A stretch of DNA of 64,000 nucleotides, taken from positions 22,984 to 86,983 of the forward strand of contig SYHD01000215.1 in the NCBI GenBank assembly GCA_005799265.1. The letters are read 5' to 3'. Source of the DNA: Planctomycetia bacterium. GTDB taxonomy: Bacteria > Planctomycetota > Planctomycetia > Gemmatales > Gemmataceae. The notes under the pieces were generated by a model. That model did not search any database. It was not told the DNA's origin and saw only the letters and a list, made by a program, of their open reading frames with translations. How positions within the stretch are numbered: the first letter of the stretch is position 1; every line of letters starts with the position of its first letter. Positions 9,338 to 18,251 of the stretch are shown here, one piece after another. The translations under genes and the position numbers were made by a program.

Positions 9338-9403
9338 CGTGGCAGACGATTCCAATCGTGTGATCCGCTGGCGGAATGTCACACGATTGAACTCGGATGC
9401 CAC
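9338..9403 (+). repeat. PAL-3 element copy A (CGTGGCAGACGATTCCAATCGTGTGA ... TCACACGATTGAACTCGGATGCCAC)
   Basis: The first 27 nt are nearly identical to copy B (46018-46088, minus orientation). Inner stem CGTGTGA/TCACACG is perfect. The element ends 16 nt before ATG 9420 (GGAGG RBS in between). Confidence 0.8.
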
Positions 9404-9419
9404 CTCACGGAGGTTTAGC

Positions 9420-10586
9420 ATGTCTCTCATTGAAGTGAGTCTAACCAGACGCCCGAGAGGGGCCGCAAGCTATCGACCACAGGTGGAGATGCTGGAGCAG
9501 CGCGAGTGCCTGGCCGTCGCGGCGCCGACTTTGACGCTGGCCGCACTGTCGCCGTCCCAGGTCAAGCTAACCTGGACGGATGTCGCCAACGAAGCTGGCT
9601 ATCGCATCTTTCGTTGGAACGGCACCGAGGCGGTGTTTGTGGCGCAGGTCAACCGCAATGTCGCTACCTACACGGTTGCCGGCTTGGCGCCAAATTCGAC
9701 GCAATGGTTCTATGTCCAGGCGTTCGACCTCTCCACGAACGCACGCAGTGCGTGGGGCTCGATCGTGACGCCGCGCGAGGCGATCACGGCGCCGAGCGGT
9801 GTCAATCTCACGAACATCACGCCTTCGCAGGTTACGGTGACCTGGTCGTTTGTGACCGGGGCGACGGGCTATCGCGTCTTCGGCTGGGACGGCACGAAGG
9901 CGGTGCAACTCGCCCAGGTCGCCAACACGGTCAACGCCTTCAACGTGCAGAATCTGGCGCCGGGGACGAATCACTCCTTCCAGGTGCAGGCCTTCAACGC
10001 GACCAACTCAGCCAGCAGCGCCTGGGTCTCGGGCGCGACGATGGCCGTCGGCTTGACCGCCCCCAAGGTCCAGACACAGGTCGCCAGCTCGTCGGTCATC
10101 AATTTGTCTTGGACCGACCAGCCCAGCGAAACCGGCTATCGCGTCTATCGCAACGACGGCAGTAAGACTGTACTCGTCGCAACCCTGGCGGCGAACACCA
10201 CGGGCTATCAGGCGACGGGCCTCCTGGCGGGCCGAGCCTACTCGTTCTACGTGCAGGCTTTCACGCCGACTAACACCGCCAACTCAGCGTGGGTGGCGGC
10301 GACGACGACGGGCGGCCCCTTGCAGGGGGTGACAAACCTGACTGCCGTCGCCATCGGTCCGTCTTCAGTCAAGCTCACCTGGACCGAACCGGCGCGGGCG
10401 GCCGGCTATCGCGTATACGTCTGGGGCGGCACGAGTTGGGTCCCTTACGCCGGCTTCGCGCGTGGCACAACCACCGTCACCGTCAACAATCTCTACAGCA
10501 ATCGTTCGCAATGGTTTCTCGTCGAAGCGTTCACCGAGAATTTCACGGAGCTGGCGCGTTCGAAACCGGTGTCGGTGTTCCTGTGA
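9420..10586 (+). CDS. Secreted protein with four fibronectin type III-like repeats
   Basis: ATG after GGAGGTTTAGC. N-terminal MLEQRECLAV (LExRxxL motif common in planctomycete secreted proteins). Four ~85-aa repeats, each with (S/P)SQVxLTWT...GYR(I/V)(F/Y)... Confidence 0.75.
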   Translation: MSLIEVSLTRRPRGAASYRPQVEMLEQRECLAVAAPTLTLAALSPSQVKLTWTDVANEAGYRIFRWNGTEAVFVAQVNRNVATYTVAGLAPNSTQWFYVQAFDLSTNARSAWGSIVTPREAITAPSGVNLTNITPSQVTVTWSFVTGATGYRVFGWDGTKAVQLAQVANTVNAFNVQNLAPGTNHSFQVQAFNATNSASSAWVSGATMAVGLTAPKVQTQVASSSVINLSWTDQPSETGYRVYRNDGSKTVLVATLAANTTGYQATGLLAGRAYSFYVQAFTPTNTANSAWVAATTTGGPLQGVTNLTAVAIGPSSVKLTWTEPARAAGYRVYVWGGTSWVPYAGFARGTTTVTVNNLYSNRSQWFLVEAFTENFTELARSKPVSVFL

Positions 10587-10759
10587 GATTGGTTGACGCG
10601 AAAAAATGATTGAGGATCAAGTCCAGGCTGTATGCGTCACTGCAATATCGACCGTGTGCACGTCGCCGCGGTTCTTTTCGGGGCTCCCGTAGACGCACGG
10701 AGGCTGACAAAAGCCGAGCGGACGTCCACCTAGGGCTCCCGTTGGCGCGTTGATGTACG

Positions 10760-12571
10760 TCAGCGAACGATGATGACAAAATCCGCGGGCGGCGACGTGA
10801 AAAGCTTCGCCGCGTCGCCGCCTGGAGCGACGTGTACGGTCGCGGTCTTGCCGCCGGTGCGCTGGATGGCGCGTTGCGGGATGCCGAAGCCCAGGTCAAT
10901 GTGGCCGCTGCCCGCGAGCACGACCATGCGACGCAGATGGCGCGTCGATTGAAACGCGGCGGCGCTCGCGCCCATGTATTCGTCCCACACGGTCATCACT
11001 TGATAGGAGCGTTCCTTCTGGTCGTCGCTGACTTTGAAGTTGCCGTGCATTTTGGCGAGCGTCTCGTACCAGTGGTCGCGATGCGCTTTGACGTGGAAAT
11101 CGACGGGGCCGAGCGCTTTCTTGTCGTCGTCGGTTAGACCCTTGAATCCGCCTTTGGAAATCTTGCTCGTGAGTTCGCGAGGCGTGTTGAGCGCGGCGAT
11201 CGGCACGGCGTTCTTTTTGCAGAAGTCGGCGATCGGTTGATATAGCGACCAATGGAAGCCCCAGCGCGTCTTGTACTCGGTCGCCTTGAGCATCTCCTCC
11301 TCGCTGATGTCACCGCGGATGAACTTGTCGAGCGGCTCCTGATAGGGGCGCTGAAACATCTCCATGCCGACGCCAAGCCGGCGGTCGGACGCATAAATCG
11401 CCTTGATGATTTGCAACTGCACGCGATGGCACAGCTCGTTGTCATGGCTCTCACCGACGCAAATCAAGTCGGCTTCGAGCAGGCGGTCGGTCAGCTCGCC
11501 GAAGGTCAAGTTGCGGTGTTCTTTCGCGCTGTAGATACTGAGCGCCGGCGCTTCGAGGCGCTCCAGCGCGGCGCGGAAAGCTTGCTCGTTCGGCGCTTCG
11601 ACGACGGCGACACGCGAACCGGTCAAGACGAGGCCGTACACCACGCCGTCCGTGTCGCGCCACACAAAATACGTGGAATGCGGCGAAGGGAGATAAGGCA
11701 GGGGAGTCGGATTCTTCTTGGTCGTTCGATAGGGGACCCACGCCGTCCAGAAGCGCGTGGCATGCTCATTCGTATCGAAGGCGAGCTGCCACGACATGAC
11801 AGCGCCATCCTCGACGATGCGATCGCCAAGCAGCCCCTGAATCGCCTGGATTGCCAGCGGTTTGGCCAGCGCATGTTCCGCGAACTTCTCGATGATGCCG
11901 AAGGCGCCGACCGATTTGCCCGGTCCGAGATTGATACTGCTCAAGGCTGGGTTGAGGATGGACGCCGTCGTGCGCGGCGGGAAGCGGTAACGAGCGTTGA
12001 CGGATGCCCAGCCGCCTTTTTCGTGGATGTTCTTCACGTAACGCGCGCCGACGCCATAGAGAAACGCATTGCGCAGATTCTTCGATTTTTCCAGGGAGGT
12101 TTCGAGCATGGCAGTGATTTTTGGCTGATCCTTCTTGAGCATCTCGATCATCGTGAAGGTCGCGTCGCCTTCGATCAGAGCCGCCATCGCGAGTTCGGCG
12201 TCGCTGCCGAAGGCTTCCTGGTGCAGATTCGCGAGGCCGAAGTGCTGGTCCTGTAGGGCGTGAACCATCTCGTGAATGAGAGTGCCACGTTCGTAGTTGC
12301 TCTTGATGTCGTCATAGAGATAGAGCGTTTTCTCCTGGATGCTGTAATATCCCTGGACGCCCTTGGCGCCGTCTTTGGGACGAGTGATTACCTTGGCGTT
12401 GACGGGCGTCTTGAACTCGAGCCCGCGCACGGCGGCGATGTCCTTTTCGAGTTGCCGCAGCGTCGCTTCGACGAGCTTCGTCTTTTCGTTGGTCTGAGCG
12501 CGGCTGACGGACGGAAGAGCGACGATCCACATTCCGAGAATGGCAAATCGGCAGCATCGGGAGAGGTACAT
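10760..12571 (-). CDS. Secreted fusion protein: HExxH metallopeptidase-like N-domain + ChaN/Tiki-type haem-binding-like C-domain
   Basis: ATG 12571 after GAGG. Signal peptide MYLSRCCRFAILGMWIVALPSVSRAQ. HEMVHALQD plus downstream IEGDAT (gluzincin-like). The C-terminal ADLICVGESHDNELCHRVQLQII...VGMEMFQRPYQEPLDKFI resembles the ChaN (PF04187) family. Confidence 0.65.
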   Translation of the reverse strand: MYLSRCCRFAILGMWIVALPSVSRAQTNEKTKLVEATLRQLEKDIAAVRGLEFKTPVNAKVITRPKDGAKGVQGYYSIQEKTLYLYDDIKSNYERGTLIHEMVHALQDQHFGLANLHQEAFGSDAELAMAALIEGDATFTMIEMLKKDQPKITAMLETSLEKSKNLRNAFLYGVGARYVKNIHEKGGWASVNARYRFPPRTTASILNPALSSINLGPGKSVGAFGIIEKFAEHALAKPLAIQAIQGLLGDRIVEDGAVMSWQLAFDTNEHATRFWTAWVPYRTTKKNPTPLPYLPSPHSTYFVWRDTDGVVYGLVLTGSRVAVVEAPNEQAFRAALERLEAPALSIYSAKEHRNLTFGELTDRLLEADLICVGESHDNELCHRVQLQIIKAIYASDRRLGVGMEMFQRPYQEPLDKFIRGDISEEEMLKATEYKTRWGFHWSLYQPIADFCKKNAVPIAALNTPRELTSKISKGGFKGLTDDDKKALGPVDFHVKAHRDHWYETLAKMHGNFKVSDDQKERSYQVMTVWDEYMGASAAAFQSTRHLRRMVVLAGSGHIDLGFGIPQRAIQRTGGKTATVHVAPGGDAAKLFTSPPADFVIIVR

Positions 12572-12727
12572 GGAAGCCTCAATAGAATGAGCAAGGTGTG
12601 GCAAATGACCGTAGAGTATCATGCTATCGGCGGCGAGGTAGCGCAGCAACGCATAGAAGCGTCATGTGGGCAAACGGACGCAATCCTCGTGCGACCCCGG
12701 CGAAATGTGTGAAACGGGAGCTCAATC

Positions 12728-13249
12728 ATGGCACGCACATCGATTCTCCTGGCTGCCTTTTTCGTGGCGATGCCGATGATCGGCTGCAACCAGCAGACGC
12801 GCGAGGACGCCGAGCGCGCGGCGAAGAAACGGCTCGAAGACGCCCGGCAGCTTGCCAAGGACGCACAGCCCTGGGTCGAGGCCGCCAAGGATGTCAAAAC
12901 GGAGTTGGACAAGGTCCTGCCATCGAAGACGGAGTACGAGTTGATCTTCGACGCACCGGAGGAAGGGGCGGACAAGCTCAAGACGCACCAAGCCCGACTC
13001 GTCAAGATGGATCGCGTCGAGGTTCAGGGCGTCACCGTCGGCTATGAAGAACGCAAGGATCGTTCGCTGGGCGGCACATCGTTCGAGCGGCACTTCCGCG
13101 CCACCTGGGTACTCGATCGCAAGGTGATCGCGGTCTCCTACTATTCGAAGAAAGGCATCGACGCCATCGCGTTTCAGGAATTGCTCAAGAAGCTCGTTCC
13201 GGCCTCGAATGACGTCTTCAAACACGTGCAATTGAAACGCGGCGAATGA
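12728..13249 (+). CDS. Lipoprotein, function unknown
   Basis: 173-aa ORF after GGGAG. Lipobox-like LLAAFFVAMPMIGC. Confidence 0.65.
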   Translation: MARTSILLAAFFVAMPMIGCNQQTREDAERAAKKRLEDARQLAKDAQPWVEAAKDVKTELDKVLPSKTEYELIFDAPEEGADKLKTHQARLVKMDRVEVQGVTVGYEERKDRSLGGTSFERHFRATWVLDRKVIAVSYYSKKGIDAIAFQELLKKLVPASNDVFKHVQLKRGE

Positions 13250-13257
13250 TCGCGACT

Positions 13258-13286
13258 GTAGACATCACGTTCCGCGTGATGTCTAC
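13258..13286. terminator. Perfect 12-bp hairpin between convergent genes (candidate bidirectional terminator)
   Basis: GTAGACATCACG-ttccg-CGTGATGTCTAC. The right arm overlaps the TAG stop (13283-13285) of the symporter gene. No T-tract. Confidence 0.45.
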
Positions 13287-14773
13287 GGTATACGATTATC
13301 TCGATCCTCGCCAAGCAACAGGCCCTGCACTTTTTCAGTGGGAGGCGCGGGAAACAGCAGGCTTGCGAGTGCGCCAACCACCAGGGTCGGTAGGCACGTA
13401 AACGCGCCATACCACCAGGCATTTATCTCGCTTGGGAAGACCAGCGCCAGCGACATGCCGCCCGCGGCTAGACCGATCAGGGCGCCCGGCGCATTCGCGC
13501 GTCGAACTGCCGCGCCCAGGACGAACAGGCCCAGAAGCGGACCGAAGAGGGCGCCGGAGATCCGGATGATGATGTCGAACACGTGTTCGCCAAGGTAGGG
13601 CGCGATGAGCGCCATGCCGATGGTGAGGATGCCGAAGAAGGCCGACATCAGACGACTCGTGCCCAGGTCCAGCTTTCGACCGGGCAGCCAGTCGCAGATC
13701 AGCAGTGACGACAATGAGCTCAGACCGCTGCTGATGCTGCCCATCACGGTGATAAACAATCCCGCCAACAAAAGTCCAATCAGGCCGGGGTAGGGCAATT
13801 CCGTTCGCACAAAGTGCATCGTCAACTGGTCTTGTTTCTCGAGCGGCGGGAAGATCTTGGAGCTGGCCGGGTTCTGCGCATAGAACGCAAACATGGTGCT
13901 GCCGAGCGCGAAGAAGAGAAGACACACCAGCGCCGTGCCGATGCCGTTGACCGCAAGCATCCGCCGGCTGGCAGCGACGCTCGGCAGCGATGCGTAGCGT
14001 TGGACCGCCCCTTGAGAAGCGACGGAAATGGCCCCGTAGACAAAGAGCCCAAAGGCGCACGCCGGCAAGAACGTTGCCCGGCTCGTCACATCGAAACGCA
14101 CGTCGAACATCGCGAATTTATCGTGTTCCAGCCCCAAGCGCCAGACGCTCGCCCAGCCGCCGTCGACGCGCGCGATCGCCAGAATCAAGACGGCAACCAC
14201 GACCGCAGCGAGGAAGGCGGACTTGAGCACGTTGGTCCAGACTGCGGCCTTGTAACCACCGAGCGTCGTGTACGCGGTCGTGGCGCCGCCGAGGACGATC
14301 ATCGTTAGAATGCGTTCCGTCTCACCCAGATTGAAAGCGACCTGCACGATCAAGCCGACCGCGTAGAGCATGCTCCCCATCCAGGCGAGGATGTAGAACC
14401 CCATCAGGAAGCTGCCGCAACGCCGCAACCGCCAATCGAAACGCAGCTCCAGATACTCGTAGGCACTCGTCAGCTTGAGCCGATGATAAAGCGGCACGAA
14501 CAGCCAGCCCGCGAACGGCGCCACCACCAGCGGAATGAACAGGATGGCCAGATAGAGATGATAGTTGGCATAGGCCGCCTCGCGCGGCAAGCCAACGAAC
14601 GACAGCGGGCTGAACGTGGCGGCGAACATCGACAGGCCGACGGCGAACCAATTCATTTGCCGGCCACCGACAAAATAATCATCGGTCGTCTTTTGCGTTC
14701 CGGAAACCCACCAGCCTTGAACGATCATCAAGACGACGGCGGCCACACAAATAATCCAGTCAAGAATGGCCAC
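13283..14773 (-). CDS. Sodium:solute symporter family (SSF) transporter
   Basis: 496-aa polytopic ORF with a GTG start. Typical SSF N-terminus DDYFVGGRQMNWFAVGLSMFAATFSPLSFVGLP and about 13 hydrophobic segments. Confidence 0.8.
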   Translation of the reverse strand: MAILDWIICVAAVVLMIVQGWWVSGTQKTTDDYFVGGRQMNWFAVGLSMFAATFSPLSFVGLPREAAYANYHLYLAILFIPLVVAPFAGWLFVPLYHRLKLTSAYEYLELRFDWRLRRCGSFLMGFYILAWMGSMLYAVGLIVQVAFNLGETERILTMIVLGGATTAYTTLGGYKAAVWTNVLKSAFLAAVVVAVLILAIARVDGGWASVWRLGLEHDKFAMFDVRFDVTSRATFLPACAFGLFVYGAISVASQGAVQRYASLPSVAASRRMLAVNGIGTALVCLLFFALGSTMFAFYAQNPASSKIFPPLEKQDQLTMHFVRTELPYPGLIGLLLAGLFITVMGSISSGLSSLSSLLICDWLPGRKLDLGTSRLMSAFFGILTIGMALIAPYLGEHVFDIIIRISGALFGPLLGLFVLGAAVRRANAPGALIGLAAGGMSLALVFPSEINAWWYGAFTCLPTLVVGALASLLFPAPPTEKVQGLLLGEDRDNRIP

Positions 14774-14814
14774 TGCGGCGCCGATCTCCCGTTTGAACGG
14801 GCAAATGCGCTGCG

Positions 14815-14878
14815 CGAAGGAAAAAGTAAAAGGGCAAAAGTAAAAAGTGACATTCGGTCCGACTTTTCCTTTTTACTT
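14815..14878 (-). terminator. AT-rich hairpin + U-rich tail (candidate intrinsic terminator after 14887-16236)
   Basis: On the minus strand, AAGTAAAAAG (rc of 14869-14878) pairs perfectly with CTTTTTACTT (rc of 14838-14847). It is followed by TTGCCCTTTTACTTTTTCC. An alternative partner exists at 14810-14830. Confidence 0.4.
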
Positions 14879-14886
14879 GCGCAGTC

Positions 14887-16236
14887 CTACTTCTTCGCTG
14901 CCATCACCTCCAGGCACACCAGCCGCTCCTCGCCGCGCACGTACAGCAAGCCGTGCGAGAGAATCGGGGCGGCCCAGCACGGGTATTCCAGGAGGGCACG
15001 GCCAGTCTTTGGATCCTTCAGTTCGAATTCGGAAACGACGTCAAGCTTCTGGGGATTCACTTTCAATAGACGCAGCGTGCCGTCCTCCGACAGGCAGATG
15101 AAGTGGCCGTCCACCATCAAGAGCGACGTGCGTGTCAGCCGTTTTTCGTTCCACGACTTCTCATTCCACATGACTTTGCCAGTCTCGAATTCGATACAGC
15201 GCAGGTCGGCGTCGGGTGTGTTGCGGCCAGAACATCCGTAGAGGTAGCCGTCGTGATAGATCGGCGTCATCCAGTGGCAGCCCATGCTCTTTCTGAACTT
15301 CTTCGACTCCTCGCGCAGGACTTCAAAGCCGTTCGGCTTGATCTTCAAGAGGGCGCTGCCGATGCCGTAGCACTCGGAGATGAAGACCTTGTCGCCCCCT
15401 AGTGGAATGACGGGATTGCTGGCATTGACACTCTCGACATCCTCGCAACGGAAAGGATGATGAAAGTCGATCTTGCCGTTGGCTGGGTCGAAGGCGAGCA
15501 GGCCGCCGCGCGCGAAGACGAAGCAGTAGCGGCGATTGTTGATCGTCGCCAATACGGGGCTGGCGTAGCTGGCGAGTTCGTCGCTGATTTTGTAGACGAC
15601 TTTGCCGGTGAGTTTGTCAAAGGCGACGACGCCGGAGCCGTTGCCCTTGAGCGTTTGCTGAAAGAGATCGCGCACCGTGCTGCCCTTGGGGCTGCCGCCG
15701 ACCTGGACGATGAGAAGGTTGCCCTCGATGGCGGGCACGCTGGCGACACCGAAGAAGTTCTGGATGACGTTGAATTCCTTGACGGTGTCGAACTTCCATA
15801 CGAGTTTTCCCGTATCGGCGCGCAGGCAGTGCAGCATCCCCTCGACGCCGTGGAGATAGACGTGATCGCCGTCGATGAGCGGGCTGCAGCGTGGGCCGTT
15901 GTTGTAGCCGAACTGGTCCTTGTAGGCAGAGGAGTACTCGAAGTCCCAGACGCGTTCGCCGGTTCGAGCATTCATGCAGGTGAGGCGGACGTTGGCGCCG
16001 TTGCGATCGAAGTGATAGAGCTTGCCCTTGGCGATGGTGGGCATGCCGTAGCCGGGACCAACTTCTTTATGCCAGAGGATCTTCAATCCGTCCTTGGGCC
16101 AAGGGGATAGGATGCCCTTCTCAGTGGAGACGCTGGCGCCTTGTGGGCCGAGAAATTTGGGCCAATCGCTGCCTTGCGCGTTGGCGAAGGAGGGGGCGAC
16201 AAACAGCAAAACGCAAACGACGGTTCTCATGCGCAT
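14887..16236 (-). CDS. PQQ-like (BamB-type) beta-propeller repeat protein, secreted
   Basis: The start is ambiguous (ATG 16236, ATG 16230 or GTG 16254). Signal peptide MRTVVCVLLFVAPSFANAQ. Repeated G.LY....G.L.C.D..TGK..W blocks typical of PQQ-like propellers. Confidence 0.7.
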   Translation of the reverse strand: MRMRTVVCVLLFVAPSFANAQGSDWPKFLGPQGASVSTEKGILSPWPKDGLKILWHKEVGPGYGMPTIAKGKLYHFDRNGANVRLTCMNARTGERVWDFEYSSAYKDQFGYNNGPRCSPLIDGDHVYLHGVEGMLHCLRADTGKLVWKFDTVKEFNVIQNFFGVASVPAIEGNLLIVQVGGSPKGSTVRDLFQQTLKGNGSGVVAFDKLTGKVVYKISDELASYASPVLATINNRRYCFVFARGGLLAFDPANGKIDFHHPFRCEDVESVNASNPVIPLGGDKVFISECYGIGSALLKIKPNGFEVLREESKKFRKSMGCHWMTPIYHDGYLYGCSGRNTPDADLRCIEFETGKVMWNEKSWNEKRLTRTSLLMVDGHFICLSEDGTLRLLKVNPQKLDVVSEFELKDPKTGRALLEYPCWAAPILSHGLLYVRGEERLVCLEVMAAKK

Positions 16237-16254
16237 GGTGATGGATCCTCGCAC

Positions 16255-16283
16255 CCCCAGGAATCGCTGCGCTCATCCTGCGG
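16255..16283 (-). repeat. 29-nt hairpin with conserved loop (family with 22208-22236)
   Basis: The minus-strand sequence CCGCAGGATGAGCGCAGCGATTCCTGGGG matches 22208-22236 at 26/29 positions. It starts 7 nt after the rpiB stop. Confidence 0.8.
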
Positions 16284-16289
16284 CTTGTC

Positions 16290-16742
16290 CTACTGACCGT
16301 ATTGTTCTGTTTCAATCTTGGTGATCTTCTCGACGCGCCGCGCGTGGCGGCCGCCGTCGAAGGGCGTTTCGAGAAAAATGCGGATCATCTGCGCCATCTG
16401 GTCCTCGCCCAGAAGATCGGCGGACAGGCAGAGCACGTTGGCGTCGTTGTGGCGGCGGCACATCTCGGCAGTCAGAACGTCCTGGCAACAGGCCGCGCGG
16501 ACGCCGCGAACCTTGTTGGCCGTGATGCTCATGCCGATGCCGGTGCCGCACACGAGCAGACCGCGTTCCATCTCGCCCTTGCCGACGCGTCTGGCGACCT
16601 CGTAAGCGAAATCGGGGTAATCGACGCTCTCGGCGCCGTCGGTGCCGATGTCGAGCACTTCGTGGCCCATGGATTGCAAGACGGCGACGAGCCGGCGCTT
16701 GATCTCCACGCCGCGATGGTCGCTGCCGATGACGATTTTCAT
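16290..16742 (-). CDS. rpiB: Ribose-5-phosphate isomerase B
   Basis: MKIVIGSDHRGVEIK...LLVCGTGIGMSITANKVRGVRAA...ARRHNDANVLCL-type motifs. ATG 16742 after GAGGTGAGG. The upstream 23 codons of the track ORF are discarded. Confidence 0.9.
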   Translation of the reverse strand: MKIVIGSDHRGVEIKRRLVAVLQSMGHEVLDIGTDGAESVDYPDFAYEVARRVGKGEMERGLLVCGTGIGMSITANKVRGVRAACCQDVLTAEMCRRHNDANVLCLSADLLGEDQMAQMIRIFLETPFDGGRHARRVEKITKIETEQYGQ

Positions 16743-16807
16743 TGCCTCACCTCTCTGCCTTTCGCCGCTTGCGGCTTGGCGTTCGCAATCGAACACGCAA
16801 GCGGCTA

Positions 16808-17896
16808 TCACATTGATTCCAAGATCTCCGGCAAGCGCTGCTGCAAGGAATCGAGTATTTGCCGTGCGCAGGTTTGATAGTCGAGCAGCCCGGCGCCGAT
16901 CGGATCAACAACGTCCTCAAACAGCGGCGACAACATGCGGGGCGTTGGCGCGCCCGGCACGTTTGCGCTCTTGAGCGAATACCAATGGCTGGCCGTCATC
17001 GCGAAGACGAAGTCGGCCCACTGAAGCATGGCGATGGTCGCTGGAGCGCTTCGGTGTGCCGACAAATCCGCTCCCAGGTCCGAGGCAACTTGCACGGCCT
17101 CCGAGCTCGCTTCATTCCCCATCATGGCAGCCAGGCCAGCGGATTGCACGCTAAATCCATGCTTCAACAGGTCCGCCCGCGTGCCGCCCAGGCGATCCGT
17201 CAGCAGTTTCGCACACAGGGCCTCGGCCATCGGACTGCGGCAAGTGTTGCCCGTGCAGACGAATAGAATTCGGCTGCACGTGAGTGCGTCGAGCTGTTCA
17301 CCGGTCAAGGCGCCGGCGCGCGTCAAGCGGCAGCGCCGGCCATCCGCTTCGACGATGCTCGGCGGCAGCGCGTGTTGGGCCGCTCCCGCATCGACGATGC
17401 ACGCCGCATTTTCGCCAACGAGCGACACCGCCATTCCCATATTAACAGCGCCGGGTAATGGCAGGGACACTAGTGGCAAACCCGCCTGACCAAGCTTCGC
17501 CCAAATCGGCTGGTCCGGCCAGCGCAGCGCCAGGCGATCGTCGCGCACGACCAGCCGGCGCGCGCTGTCCGGCAGGCGCGGCGCCAGACCCTGTTCATAT
17601 CCGCCGCGGCCGCGGAACGTGTACGGCCCCGCTCCAAGTTTGCGAAACAGCCGCGTGCCAGCTCCCGTGAGCCGCGGCATCCAATCGTGAAGCTGCGCGT
17701 AATCCGACAAGACAATTGCCGCAAACTCGCCGCTCACCACCGCTCGGCTCAATTGGTCGACCGCTTCGATGCAATGTGCCGACGCGACGAGCTCGTAAGT
17801 CGATTCCGTCGGTAGCGCGACGCACTGCCCGGACTGCAAATAACGCAGCACCTGATTGGCGGCTTCCGTCGGTTCCCAGGGAACGATCACGGGCAT
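16808..17896 (-). CDS. Fusion protein: YrdC/Sua5-type (threonylcarbamoyl-AMP synthase family) domain + low-molecular-weight protein phosphatase domain
   Basis: The N-domain CVALPTESTYELVA fits the YrdC PT(D/E)TVYGL motif. The C-domain ILFVCTGNTCRSPMAEA is the CX5R(S/T) LMW-PTP P-loop. The start is uncertain: ATG 17896 is chosen, with ATG 17962 and TTG 17992 possible. Confidence 0.7.
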   Translation of the reverse strand: MPVIVPWEPTEAANQVLRYLQSGQCVALPTESTYELVASAHCIEAVDQLSRAVVSGEFAAIVLSDYAQLHDWMPRLTGAGTRLFRKLGAGPYTFRGRGGYEQGLAPRLPDSARRLVVRDDRLALRWPDQPIWAKLGQAGLPLVSLPLPGAVNMGMAVSLVGENAACIVDAGAAQHALPPSIVEADGRRCRLTRAGALTGEQLDALTCSRILFVCTGNTCRSPMAEALCAKLLTDRLGGTRADLLKHGFSVQSAGLAAMMGNEASSEAVQVASDLGADLSAHRSAPATIAMLQWADFVFAMTASHWYSLKSANVPGAPTPRMLSPLFEDVVDPIGAGLLDYQTCARQILDSLQQRLPEILESM

Positions 17897-18184
17897 TCGG
17901 TTTGCCGATGGTAGTAACAAATCCGCAGCGACCAGGCCCGGCCGTCTGTACGGGTGTATCATCTTTTTATGGCGGTTGACGCACCGTGACAAGCATATCG
18001 GGGTTTGTTCTTATATGGAGAGCGGCAGGAGTGAGAATACCAACCCGAATCGTTAGGGAGTGATCATATAGCCCCTCGCCAACGATTCGAGTGGGAATAG
18101 CTACCATTGCCTGTCCCCCTATGCTCTTCACATTCATCCCAAACGTGGTATTTTACAAGTAGGTTATGGCTTCGGTCGATCGTC

Positions 18185-18213
18185 TTGACGCCGTTCATCT
18201 TCGCCTGTATAAG
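18185..18213 (+). promoter_or_regulatory. Sigma-70-like promoter candidate for 18252-19031
   Basis: TTGACG (18185-18190), a 17-nt spacer, then TATAAG (18208-18213). This would give a ~30-nt leader containing GGAGGAAGG before ATG 18252. Confidence 0.45.
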
Positions 18214-18251
18214 CCGACGCAGTCCGCCCATCCTTTCTCGGAGGAAGGTCC

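Noticed and set aside
8231-9430. 399-aa minus-strand ORF overlapping the Cys-rich protein gene and the downstream hairpin.
   Set aside because: The plus-strand gene has a strong RBS, a signal peptide and a coherent repeat structure. The minus-strand ORF runs through the 93-nt hairpin and the PAL-3 element and has a His/Arg-rich nonsense composition.
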